From contig JAVETN010000001.1 in the NCBI GenBank assembly GCA_034006035.1, forward strand, positions 228,392 to 252,391: a stretch of DNA of 24,000 bases. Reading direction: 5' to 3'. Below the pieces are notes generated by a model. The model worked only from the letters and a program-made list of their open reading frames with translations. It did no database searches and was not told the origin of the DNA. Every line of letters starts with the position of its first letter. Positions within the stretch are counted from its first letter, which is position 1. This DNA is from Desulforegulaceae bacterium (GTDB lineage Bacteria > Desulfobacterota > Desulfobacteria > Desulfobacterales > JACKCP01). Positions 14,629 to 23,645 of this stretch are shown one piece after another. Both the position numbers and the translations under genes were made by a program.

Positions 14629-15078
14629 TTATTTGACCATTGAAAAAGCTTTGATGAGATCTTTTCTTGTAACAATTCCAACAAGTTTTTTGTCTTTTAC
14701 AACAGGAATCCTTTTCAGGTTCCTGTTGCCCATGAGTTCAACAAGGGCTGTTAAGCTTGAATCAGCACTGATTGTAACTGGATCTTTTGTCATAACTTTG
14801 TCAAGGGGGTGGTCTTTTACCTCTCTGTATATTTTCTCAATGTTTCCCCTGTATGCGGTTTTGCCAAAAAGCATTCTAATAGAAGCCATTGCACGGGGAA
14901 TATTAGCGTCTTTTCCAACAAAATCAGATTCTGTCAAGATTCCCAGGAGCTTATTGTCTGAGTCAACAACAGGAAGAACGCTTATGTTTTTTTCCAGCAT
15001 CAGGTCAGCAGCGTCTTTGAGAGTTTTATCAACGTTACAGCTAATGACATCAGTTGTCATAAATTCAGAAATTTTCAT
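14629..15078 (-). CDS. CBS-domain pair protein
   Basis: 149-aa ORF with two CBS-like modules (MTTDVISCNVDKTLKDAADLMLEKNISVLPVVDSDNKLLGILTESD and MTKDPVTISADSSLTALVELMGNRNLKRIPVVKDKKLVGIVTRKDL). GGAGGATGAA lies upstream of the ATG. Confidence 0.9.
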   Translation of the reverse strand: MKISEFMTTDVISCNVDKTLKDAADLMLEKNISVLPVVDSDNKLLGILTESDFVGKDANIPRAMASIRMLFGKTAYRGNIEKIYREVKDHPLDKVMTKDPVTISADSSLTALVELMGNRNLKRIPVVKDKKLVGIVTRKDLIKAFSMVK

Positions 15079-15175
15079 TCATCCTCCAAAAAGTTAAGCA
15101 AAATATTTTTATCTAAACACAAGATAATTTTTATTTATTAAATATTGCAAGGGAAAACTAAAATTATTAAAATAA

Positions 15176-15205
15176 AAAATATGACACGGTGTAGAAATTT
15201 GTCAA
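15176..15205 (-). promoter_or_regulatory. Candidate sigma70-type promoter for the CBS gene
   Basis: Minus strand: TTGACA (15205..15200), an 18-nt spacer, then TATTTT (15181..15176), about 95 nt upstream of the ATG. This rests on a pattern match only. Confidence 0.3.
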
Positions 15206-15454
15206 GACAAATACTTAAAAAATAAGACTGGAAGATTTAATCTATTTTGGAATTCTATTGACAGAGAAAACTTTTAATTACTATTTATTTTGTAATTACT
15301 TTGTCTAAACTGAAAGTTTCATGTATTTGAAAGAAAATATTTGAAGATTTTCAAAGTTTTTTGGTTTAACCGCAAGTTGTGGCAAATGTATAAATGGTTC
15401 AGTTCATTTTAGAATCTGAATAAAATATTATCAGGAATATAAGAGGAGGAATTA

Positions 15455-16762
15455 ATGAGCCCCACATCGATTCAGGTAATAGGAACAGTTATTTTTAGTA
15501 TAGCTGTTATTCACACTTTTTTGGCTAATCCCATTGTGGCCTATTCCCATAAGTTTAAAGAAGGTTCAATGGCTAACCGGCTTCTTCATTTTTTGGGGGA
15601 AGTTGAAGCTATCTTTGGTATTTGGTCAATTATATTTATAGTGTTTTATGCAGCGATCGAAGGATTTATGATAGTTGACGAAGCCAATCGTATAATTGGT
15701 GGGGCAATTCACTATATTGACAGCGTTAACTACACAGAGCCGGCTTTTGTTTTTGTAATTATGTGTATGGCAGGTACAAAGCCTATTTTAGGGTTTGCCG
15801 AAAAGTTAATTAAGTTTATTGCAAATCTTATCCCCGCCAATGGAAAAATGTCTTTTTATATTTCAGCTATGATTTTTGGTCCTCTTCTTGGTTCTTTTAT
15901 TACAGAGCCTGCTGCAATGACAGTTACAGCTCTTCTTCTTCTCAAATTTTATTATTCTGAAGAAATGAGCCAGAAGTTTAAGTATGCAACAATAGGAACC
16001 TTGTTTGTAAATGTTTCTGTTGGAGGTACTCTTACACACTTTGCAGCACCTCCCGTTCTTATGGTTGCGGCGAAATGGGGTTGGGGAATGTCGCATATGA
16101 TGACCAATTTCGGCTATAAGGCTGCTACTGGAGTTATTGTGGTAACCCTTGTTACTTCATTTTTATTCAGGAATGAGCTTCAAGGAGACCTTGCAGAAAG
16201 TGAAGACTCAAGTCAGGATTCAGTTCCTTTCTGGATTATTGCAATCCATATAGTTTTTATTGCTCTTGTTGTTGTAACTGCTCACCACCCAAAGTTTTTC
16301 CTTGGTCTTTTTCTCTTTTTTATTGGAATGACCCATATCACCCACGAACATCAGGATCAGCTTAAATTAAAAGAATCTTTACTTGTAGGTTTTTTTCTTG
16401 CAGGTCTTGTTACTCTTGGAGGAATGCAGGGATGGTGGCTTCAGGATCTGATTGCCAAACTTCCTGATCTAGCTTTATTTTATGGTACAACTGTACTTAC
16501 AGGGGTAACAGATAATGCTGCTCTTACCTATCTTGGTACACTTGTTGAAGGTTTAACCGAATCTGCCAAGTACTATCTTGTTGCAGGTGCTGTTGCAGGC
16601 GGTGGTCTTACAGTAATTGCCAATGCTCCAAACCCAGCTGGATACGGAATTTTAAATGCTCAGTTTGATAAAGGAGGAATAAATCCCCTTTATCTTTTAA
16701 TAAGTTCTCTTTTTCCTACAGCAATTATGCTTGTTTGCTATCAGTTTCTTCCAAGTTTATAA
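15455..16762 (+). CDS. Multi-pass integral membrane transporter (ion-transporter-like, possibly Na+/H+-antiporter-related; family not established)
   Basis: 435-aa ORF, hydrophobic throughout with about 11-12 predicted helices. It has a two-halves organisation split by a charged loop (RNELQGDLAESEDSSQDS). AGGAGG lies 6 nt upstream of the ATG, and a strong terminator follows. The family name is a guess from the architecture. Confidence 0.85.
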   Translation: MSPTSIQVIGTVIFSIAVIHTFLANPIVAYSHKFKEGSMANRLLHFLGEVEAIFGIWSIIFIVFYAAIEGFMIVDEANRIIGGAIHYIDSVNYTEPAFVFVIMCMAGTKPILGFAEKLIKFIANLIPANGKMSFYISAMIFGPLLGSFITEPAAMTVTALLLLKFYYSEEMSQKFKYATIGTLFVNVSVGGTLTHFAAPPVLMVAAKWGWGMSHMMTNFGYKAATGVIVVTLVTSFLFRNELQGDLAESEDSSQDSVPFWIIAIHIVFIALVVVTAHHPKFFLGLFLFFIGMTHITHEHQDQLKLKESLLVGFFLAGLVTLGGMQGWWLQDLIAKLPDLALFYGTTVLTGVTDNAALTYLGTLVEGLTESAKYYLVAGAVAGGGLTVIANAPNPAGYGILNAQFDKGGINPLYLLISSLFPTAIMLVCYQFLPSL

Positions 16763-16781
16763 GATAATTAGCTAAAATAAA

Positions 16782-16815
16782 GGGCCGCTTCTTTTTGGCG
16801 GCCTTTTTGTTTTTT
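16782..16815 (+). terminator. Intrinsic terminator after the transporter gene
   Basis: GGGCCGC (16782..16788), an 8-9-nt loop and GCGGCCU (16798..16804), followed by TTTTGTTTTTT. Confidence 0.8.
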
Positions 16816-16881
16816 AATTCCCCTTTCTTGATTGTAAATAACCTCTTGAAGTTTTTTATCCAGATTTAAAAATTAAAATTT

Positions 16882-16910
16882 TTGACCATGATTTTTTCCC
16901 TAATTATAAA
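16882..16910 (+). promoter_or_regulatory. Candidate sigma70-type promoter for the sigma54-activator gene
   Basis: TTGACC (16882..16887), a 17-nt spacer, then TATAAA (16905..16910), about 120 nt upstream of ATG 17031. This rests on a pattern match only. Confidence 0.35.
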
Positions 16911-17030
16911 AGTATAGAATTTAATTTAATTCAAAGCTTGGTGCTTGGGTTTTTTATCATCTTTGTTGATTTATTAATATTTTTTTGGTTGTATAGTTGT
17001 TTACTCGAAAGGTTTAAGGAATAAAATTTG

Positions 17031-18749
17031 ATGAAGAAACCTCGAATACTGTTTGTTTGTGAAAAAGATTTTAAAACTTTGAAGCTGGCAGTTCAAATAG
17101 CCTTGGATAAATATGGTGAACACGCTGGTTTTGAGGGATGTTTTACAGGAGAAGTTTCAAACAAATTATCTGATAAAAAACTTGAAGATTTTAATTTAAA
17201 AACTCCTTTTGCGTTCAATGGCAAATCCTTTGACATTATAATTTCACTTTGTAGTACAAAATCAGAAAAGTTTCGCCAGTTTGCAGGATTTCCTGTGATT
17301 GTTGACTGGTCTGATAAAATTGAGTCCGCGGTTAAAGAAAAAGCCCTTGGCCCAATACTTGAAAAAGAACTTCAATGCTTTTTTGACTCAGGTTATTTTT
17401 CCGGGATAAAAAATTATAAGTTCAATATGGATCTTATAATAAACTCTCTTGGAGATGCGGTAATAGCCCATGATTTGAATAGAAGGATTTATTATTTTAA
17501 TAAAACAGCAGAACAGATTACAGGATACACTCAGGAAGAAGTTTTGGGTAATGATTGTCATGATGTTTTCCCTTCTCCAATTTGTGGGAAAAACTGTTCT
17601 TTTTGTGTAGGGCTATCTCCTGATCAAAGTTTTAAAAGCAAATCCTATAAAACAACATTTCATGATAAGTCAGGAACAAGAAAAGAGCTTAAGGTAAATA
17701 TAATTCCAATCAGGGATTCTTTTAATATTCTAAGGGGAGTAACTGCTTCTATTAAAGACCTTACTGAACTTAATCTTGCCAAGGAGCAAATACTTAAAGA
17801 GCAGAATTTTAATGGAATTATAGGTAAAGATCCTGAAATGCTAAAAGTTTTTCAGCAGATAAAAGATCTTGCACTCTATGATACACCGGCTCATATCTAT
17901 GGTGAAACAGGAACAGGAAAAGAGCTGGTGGCAAGGGCAATCCACAATGAAAGTATAAGAAGTTCTCTGCCTTTTGTTCCTATAAACTGTGGAGCACTTC
18001 CCGAGGGCTTAATTGAAAGTGAACTTTTCGGTCATGTAAAAGGTGCTTTTTCCGGAGCTATAAGAGATAAAAAAGGAAGATTTGAGCTTGCAGATAAAGG
18101 GACAATTTTTCTTGATGAAGTTGGTGAACTCCCTAAAAATATTCAGGTAAAGCTTTTAAGGGTTTTGCAGGAAGGGACATTTGAAAAGGTCGGTGGAGAA
18201 TCAACTATCAAGGTTGACGTAAGAGTTTTAAGTGCAACAAATAGAAATTTGAAACAGGCTGTTCAAAAAGGTGAGTTTAGAGATGATCTTTATTATCGTC
18301 TTAATGTTGTTCCTATTTACCTTGTGCCCCTTAAAAAAAGAAAAAACGATATCCCGGTTTTGTGTGCCCATTTTCTCAAAAAAATTGCCAGCCGCCATAA
18401 ACAGGAAAAACTTGATATTTCCAAAAGAGCCTTAAGTGCACTAATGGACTATGACTGGCCTGGAAATGTAAGAGAGCTTGAAAATATTATTGAATATTCA
18501 ATTATCCATTCTTTAGGTTCTGTGATTGATTTAGAAAGTCTTCCTGAAGAAATTCAAGAAGTTGCCAAAAATAGAGATAAAACCCTTAGAACCAATAAAT
18601 CAAGGGGAAAACTTAACCGGGCTGCTGTTATTTATGCTCTTGAAAAAACCGGAGGAAATAAAACCAAAGCCGCCAAGATTTTAGGTGTTGGGCGGGCTAC
18701 TCTTTATAGATATTTGAATAACAATTCTGTTGATTTTGAAATCGATTGA
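17031..18749 (+). CDS. Sigma54-dependent transcriptional activator (bacterial enhancer-binding protein): N-terminal domain + Cys-rich PAS + AAA+ + Fis-type HTH
   Basis: Walker A is GETGTGKELVARAIH, the sigma54 contact loop is GAFSGA (a GAFTGA variant) and Walker B is IFLDEVGE, with ESELFGH also present. The C-terminal HTH is GGNKTKAAKILGVGRATLYRYL. A PAS-like segment is DAVIAHDLNRRIYYFNKTAEQITGYTQEEVLG. The ORF track begins at TTG 17028; ATG 17031 with AAGGA upstream is the likelier start. Confidence 0.92.
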   Translation: MKKPRILFVCEKDFKTLKLAVQIALDKYGEHAGFEGCFTGEVSNKLSDKKLEDFNLKTPFAFNGKSFDIIISLCSTKSEKFRQFAGFPVIVDWSDKIESAVKEKALGPILEKELQCFFDSGYFSGIKNYKFNMDLIINSLGDAVIAHDLNRRIYYFNKTAEQITGYTQEEVLGNDCHDVFPSPICGKNCSFCVGLSPDQSFKSKSYKTTFHDKSGTRKELKVNIIPIRDSFNILRGVTASIKDLTELNLAKEQILKEQNFNGIIGKDPEMLKVFQQIKDLALYDTPAHIYGETGTGKELVARAIHNESIRSSLPFVPINCGALPEGLIESELFGHVKGAFSGAIRDKKGRFELADKGTIFLDEVGELPKNIQVKLLRVLQEGTFEKVGGESTIKVDVRVLSATNRNLKQAVQKGEFRDDLYYRLNVVPIYLVPLKKRKNDIPVLCAHFLKKIASRHKQEKLDISKRALSALMDYDWPGNVRELENIIEYSIIHSLGSVIDLESLPEEIQEVAKNRDKTLRTNKSRGKLNRAAVIYALEKTGGNKTKAAKILGVGRATLYRYLNNNSVDFEID

Positions 18750-19174
18750 TTTTTTAAATCCAGCAATTCTCTCCAATGGGCACAACCATCAAAACTAACA
18801 ATTTTATACAAACCAACAACTGATCTAAGTTTTTTGGTTTATCTGGATGTACTATGTTTACTTATCTGCATGGCTTTTGTTTGATTAATAAGGTTTGATT
18901 TGCTTAAGTTTTGTTAAATTTAAGTAAAGACTGAACCTTGTTTTATAAAAACCATGGAAAATAAAATTCTTGGTTTAGTCTTATGCCTAAAGCTTCTTAG
19001 GGTGTTGCTATTTAGACGGCTGTCAATTAAATGGCCTGAGTTCAAAGGCTTTTAAAAGATTTTACGGATGAATTTACTTGTAATTTTTCAATAAGAAATT
19101 AGACTCAAATAATATAAAGGCATTTAATGTGAGTGCTCGTTAGAGAAAATAATTATTGATCACGGAGGCGGTAA

Positions 19175-19750
19175 ATGAGGAAAACAATTTTTAAGATTTT
19201 TACTATTGTATTTTTGGTAGCGACTATTTCAATTCCTTCTTCAGTAGTGGCAGATCAGGGTAAGTTTTATTTGGGTCCGGCCATGGGTTATAATATGGAT
19301 GCTTTTAATGGAGAAATGGACAGAGATAATGCCTTTGGGTTTAATTTTGCAGTTGGTTATGATTTTACTGAACGTTTAACTCTAGAAGCACAATTTGATA
19401 AGATAAGAGAAATTGGTACAAAAAACCCAGCTTCACATGATGAGGTTGACCTTCAGGCTTATTCATTAAATTTAAAGTTTTATCCAGCCCAGACCAAAGA
19501 AAAAATTAACGGCTATGTAACTTTTGGTCTTGGATGGATGGAAGCAAAAGCTCCAGGAAAATGTTCTGATTCAATCAAAAAAGGCAGGGGAAAAGAGGAA
19601 GACTTTTGGGGTAAGTTTGGAGTAGGAAGTGATTTTATTGTATCAGATAAAATATCTTTTTTTATTGAAGCTGACTATTCCCAGGGTTTTAAGGACTTGA
19701 ATCCCATTGATTTTTTCTCAGCTAAAATAGGTTTTAAAATATATCCTTGA
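19175..19750 (+). CDS. Small outer-membrane beta-barrel protein (8-strand OmpW/OmpA-like porin family)
   Basis: 191-aa ORF with signal peptide MRKTIFKIFTIVFLVATISIPSSVVA. It has alternating aromatic/glycine strand patterns (GFNFAVGYDF, YVTFGLGWME, KFGVGSDFIV) and a C-terminal strand KIGFKIYP. GGAGG SD. Confidence 0.8.
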   Translation: MRKTIFKIFTIVFLVATISIPSSVVADQGKFYLGPAMGYNMDAFNGEMDRDNAFGFNFAVGYDFTERLTLEAQFDKIREIGTKNPASHDEVDLQAYSLNLKFYPAQTKEKINGYVTFGLGWMEAKAPGKCSDSIKKGRGKEEDFWGKFGVGSDFIVSDKISFFIEADYSQGFKDLNPIDFFSAKIGFKIYP

Positions 19751-19798
19751 AATTAAGATGTTTAAAGTTGAAGTTTTGTCCGGTTTATTAAAAGAATT

Positions 19799-19840
19799 TA
19801 CCCTTCCAAACATATTATGTTTGGAAGGGTAGTTTTTATT
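19799..19840. terminator. Bidirectional intrinsic terminator between convergent genes
   Basis: A 15-bp perfect stem pairs tacccttccaaacat (19799..19813) with atgtttggaagggta (19817..19831). T-run GTTTTTATTT lies on the plus side and an A-rich tract on the other side. Confidence 0.8.
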
Positions 19841-19845
19841 TAAAG

Positions 19846-22635
19846 CTAAAAAAAAGAGTTGATAAAGCAGGAGCTTGATGAATTGTTGCTTTTTGAAGAA
19901 GACTCTTCCTTTGTTTCAGCCTCAAGGTTACTTCCAAGCCCTGAGACAGTTCTTATAATTTTTTTGTTCGGATTAAGATCGTAAATCCCGTTATCTTCAA
20001 TGTTTATAAAAACTTGGTCTTTTGAATGGTTGAAGTAGGCTCCGTTTGTTAAGGGAGTATTGGAGTCAGTCATTTCTTGCCATCCTTTTGCACTATTTTC
20101 CTGATACCATTTCTGATTGTCCAAAGCTCGCTCAGGCAAATGAATTATTAATTGAGCTGCTGTTTCATCATCTTCAAGATGTTTTTCAATATCTAAAAGG
20201 TTATAGAAGATTTTATGGGGCCTGTTTCTTGGATCTGAGCCCGGAGTCTTTATCTTTACTTGTGAAAGACCCTCAATATATTTAATTCCGTAAAAATTGG
20301 ATTTTTCTCCTGATTCAACAGGTATAATTCCCAAAGAGTCAAACTGATCATTTTTTTCCCTGATTATAAAATCAAATATATGTTTTGACTCAGCTTGATC
20401 TATATTTTTTATTTTAAGTATAGCAGTGTATTTTTCATTTCCTTTGACAGGGGGAGCAACAAATTTTGCTTTTTTAGAATTCTTTCTTGAAAGATATACA
20501 GGAGGATTTCCGTTTATCACCTCCCAGTGCCAGGAAATTATTCCTTTGTCATCATTAGATTCAGAAGCGTCGAGAACAAGATTGTCTCCTTCGTAAGCCA
20601 GGTTTGTTTTAAGATTATTTTTTGTCATAAATCCTTTTGCATGGGGAAAAGAAATATTGTTATCAAAAACTTTTGCTATAATAGAGAAAGTGTTTATTGT
20701 GTTTTTGTCTGTAACAAAGATTTCACTTTCACCTTTTAGTTTTCCTGTAACAGTTACTGTTCTTCCAAGAACCGAGGTTGAAGCTATATCCGCCCTTCTT
20801 GAGGAGGTTTTGAAAGGAGGGATTCCACCGTATATTTCAAAAACATCAGTTGAACCTTTTCTTATATAAATCAGATTTTTATCAGGAAACATTTCCTTGA
20901 TAATTATTTTTACCTCATCTTTTCCCTTTGAGTTTCCTGAATCTTTTACGGTAAGTTTTATTAAATGGGTTCCGCTTTTTAAATTATTTAATTTAAAAGA
21001 GTTCCCATTCCCAAGCTTTGTTATTTCTCCGTTAAGGTCTGAACTCCAGAAAAGATTTTCCGGAGGAAGATCTCCGTCTTCCATGTCTATTCCTATTCCA
21101 TGAAAAACAACATCCTCCCCTCTTTCATATTCAGGATAGTCAGGGAAATCAGGTAGTGATTTGTCTGGTTTGAGTATTTTGGCAATAGGAGGCGTATTTC
21201 CGTATATTATTGTTGTTTCAGTGGTTGCTGAGGCACCGTATGAATCTGTGGCTTTTAAGCTTATTGTATGGATTCCAGCACTTAGATTCGGATTGAAAAT
21301 TACTTCTCCAGTTCCTAAATAGCCGTCTCTGCTTGAGTTCCATTCAAGAGCTGTTCCCGGAATCATACCGTCTTCATAATCTTTTGCCTTTCCTGAAAGT
21401 TCAACCAGTTCCTTCTCGTCAAAAACAGTATTGTTTTTAGGAGAAATAATTTCAGGTACAGGGTACTTATTCCCAGTAACAATTGTAATTGAGGTGGAAT
21501 TTTCAAATCCGTCACTATCTGTTGCTTTAAGGGTTATTGTGTGGTTTCCTGGGCTGAGATTTCGTGGTTTAATTTCTGTCCCTGTTCCAATGAACCCGCC
21601 AATATCTGAAAACCATTCAAGCCCGGCTCCTGTTATATAACCGTCCTCTTTGTCTGAAGCATTACCTGAAAAAACAATGGATTCATTTTCATTGAAAATT
21701 TTATTGTTTAAAGGGGAGCTTATTATAGGGAGAGGTCCTTCATTAGTTATTTCAATTGTGATTTGTGTTGGGTCACTCAAAAAACCGCTTGAATCTTTTA
21801 CTGTAAGTGAAATTTTGTGTGTTCCTGGAGAAAGCTTGTCTGTATATACAAGAGGGCCGATTCCAAACTTACCGTCAAGATTTGAAACCCAAATTAATGT
21901 TTCATTTTGGATATCGGGTTCTTCAGCATCTTCTCCCCAGCCCTGAAAAAGGATTGTGTCCTGGGAAGTAAATTCAGAGTTATCATCAGGAGACTTTATT
22001 ATTGCAACTGGTTTTGTGTTTATTACTTCTATAGTAACAGATTCCTGGGTTGTTTCACCGCCCGGGTCTGTTACAGTTAATGTGATTTTGTGGCTTCCCG
22101 GAGAAAGGGTGGAGACTTGAAAGTTTGCCCCGGTTCCAATGCTTCCGTCAATATCTGAAGTCCATTTCAGATACTTGTCTGGCAGACTGGTGTCACCATC
22201 TGAAGCATTTCCCTGAAACGTTATTTTGTTGTTAGCATTATACTTTTCCTCTTTCTCTGGAGAAAGGATGTTTACTGTGGGGGGAGTATTGACTATTGTT
22301 ATTTTTATTTGAGCACTGGCTGTTTCTCCAGCTTCGTTTTTTACAGTAAGTGTAATAGTGTGAGTACCAACGCCAAGGTCAGATCTTGTCAGATTTTGAC
22401 CGTTGCCAAGAGCTCCTTTTTCACTTGAGTTCCAGGTAAGAGAGTTTTCTATAATAGGAATTTCCTGTGCATCTGGGTCATGTGCATTTCCTTCAAAATA
22501 TATAAATTGTCCCAGCTCAAAAGTTTTACTGTCTGCTGGTTTTGTTATTGTTACTATAGGAGGGGCTGTAAAACCAAGACGGGATAAAGCATTTAAAAAA
22601 AACAATATAAATAACAAATACTTAAGTTTATTCAT
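19846..22635 (-). CDS. Large secreted surface protein: six tandem Ig-like repeats, further Ig/PKD-like modules, a C-terminal domain and a poly-Ser + CFINSFF tail
   Basis: 929-aa ORF with signal peptide MNKLKYLLFILFFLNALSRLGFTA. Six units of about 90 aa share F-x-G-x-A-x-D ... L-x-W-x-S-x-x-D-G-x-(L/I/F)-G-x-G ... L-S-x-G-x-H-x-I-T-L-x-(V/A)-x-D. A PKD-like signature is LVLDASESNDDKGIISWHWEV. The protein ends SSSKSNNSSSSCFINSFF. Confidence 0.85.
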   Translation of the reverse strand: MNKLKYLLFILFFLNALSRLGFTAPPIVTITKPADSKTFELGQFIYFEGNAHDPDAQEIPIIENSLTWNSSEKGALGNGQNLTRSDLGVGTHTITLTVKNEAGETASAQIKITIVNTPPTVNILSPEKEEKYNANNKITFQGNASDGDTSLPDKYLKWTSDIDGSIGTGANFQVSTLSPGSHKITLTVTDPGGETTQESVTIEVINTKPVAIIKSPDDNSEFTSQDTILFQGWGEDAEEPDIQNETLIWVSNLDGKFGIGPLVYTDKLSPGTHKISLTVKDSSGFLSDPTQITIEITNEGPLPIISSPLNNKIFNENESIVFSGNASDKEDGYITGAGLEWFSDIGGFIGTGTEIKPRNLSPGNHTITLKATDSDGFENSTSITIVTGNKYPVPEIISPKNNTVFDEKELVELSGKAKDYEDGMIPGTALEWNSSRDGYLGTGEVIFNPNLSAGIHTISLKATDSYGASATTETTIIYGNTPPIAKILKPDKSLPDFPDYPEYERGEDVVFHGIGIDMEDGDLPPENLFWSSDLNGEITKLGNGNSFKLNNLKSGTHLIKLTVKDSGNSKGKDEVKIIIKEMFPDKNLIYIRKGSTDVFEIYGGIPPFKTSSRRADIASTSVLGRTVTVTGKLKGESEIFVTDKNTINTFSIIAKVFDNNISFPHAKGFMTKNNLKTNLAYEGDNLVLDASESNDDKGIISWHWEVINGNPPVYLSRKNSKKAKFVAPPVKGNEKYTAILKIKNIDQAESKHIFDFIIREKNDQFDSLGIIPVESGEKSNFYGIKYIEGLSQVKIKTPGSDPRNRPHKIFYNLLDIEKHLEDDETAAQLIIHLPERALDNQKWYQENSAKGWQEMTDSNTPLTNGAYFNHSKDQVFINIEDNGIYDLNPNKKIIRTVSGLGSNLEAETKEESSSKSNNSSSSCFINSFF

Positions 22636-22649
22636 TTTGTATCCGCAAA

Positions 22650-23645
22650 TCAGTTTATTGTGATGGTTATATCATCAGTATCAACTGCACCATTTTTGTC
22701 AGTAACAGTGAGGGTGATAGTATGAGTGTCGATTGGAAGAAAATTTATTGCAAGATCTCTTCCTTGACCAAAATTACCGTAAACATTTGATCGCCATTTA
22801 AGTTCTGAACCGTAAAGCTCCCCGTCTTCATTATCCCAGCCTTCTCCGTTGAAAGTTATTGTATCTTTCAGATTAAAAGAAGAACCGTCCTGAGGATAGG
22901 TTATTTTGGCTTCAGGTCTTGTGTTTTTAATTGTTATTGTAACAGGGTCTGCAAAAGCCTGTAAACCTTTTGAGTCTTCTGCAATAAGGGTTATGGTGTG
23001 GGTTCCTCCGGAAAGATCGTCCCTGATTAAGGTTCCACCTTCTCCAAGTTCTTTATCTATATTTGAAAACCATTTTAGCCTTTTCCCTGAAAGATTACCA
23101 TCCTCTAGATCTTCTGCGGTCCCTTCAAATAAAATCAGGTCTCCTGAATTGTATTCAGCATTTTGATAAGGCAATCTTAAAAAAACAGAATGGGGCGGAG
23201 TGTTTTGGTCGTCTTCTTGGAGAGAAAATTTGATTTTTGCCATGCCAAGATTCCCTTGAGCATCATTAGCTATGAGTGTTATTTCGTGAGTTCCATCACT
23301 TAAATATTTTGGATTAAGCAGATTCCCATTACCAAGATGATCATCTTGACTTGAAGTCCATATCAGGTTTGAGCCTGAAATGGGCAGCCCTTTATGATCA
23401 TAGGCATTTCCAAAAAAAGTTATAAATGATCCTGAATTGTAAACAGCTCCGTCACTTGGAGATATTATTGAAACTGCAGGGGTAACTTCTGTATTTTCAG
23501 GAGATTCAGAGTCTTCTGTTTTGTTCTCCTTGGTAACACTGCTTGAACTGCTGCCCCCTCCGCTGGCAATTATGGTAAAAAGCCCGAAAAGAGTTATTAA
23601 AATTAAAATAATTTTTTTTGTTATGTCTTTATTTTTTTCTGACAT
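22650..23645 (-). CDS. Secreted or anchored protein with three Ig-like repeats of the same family
   Basis: 331-aa ORF. Its N-terminal hydrophobic segment KKIILILITLFGLFTIIASGGGSSSSS contains no Cys, so it is not a classical lipoprotein. Three units carry L-x-W-x-S and G-T-H-x-I-T-L motifs. Confidence 0.85.
   Translation of the reverse strand: MSEKNKDITKKIILILITLFGLFTIIASGGGSSSSSVTKENKTEDSESPENTEVTPAVSIISPSDGAVYNSGSFITFFGNAYDHKGLPISGSNLIWTSSQDDHLGNGNLLNPKYLSDGTHEITLIANDAQGNLGMAKIKFSLQEDDQNTPPHSVFLRLPYQNAEYNSGDLILFEGTAEDLEDGNLSGKRLKWFSNIDKELGEGGTLIRDDLSGGTHTITLIAEDSKGLQAFADPVTITIKNTRPEAKITYPQDGSSFNLKDTITFNGEGWDNEDGELYGSELKWRSNVYGNFGQGRDLAINFLPIDTHTITLTVTDKNGAVDTDDITITIN

Noticed and set aside
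15258-15287. TTGACA (15258..15263) as the -35 of a plus-strand promoter for the transporter gene.
   Set aside because: The best -10 candidates at 17-18 nt spacing (CTATTT, TATTTA) match TATAAT poorly, which is too weak to report as a feature.
18954-19055. 33-codon plus-strand ORF (MENKILGLVLCLKLLRVLLFRRLSIKWPEFKGF) in the EBP-OMP spacer.
   Set aside because: It has no SD and no recognisable motif, and an ORF this short is expected by chance in 425 bp. It is not supported as a gene.
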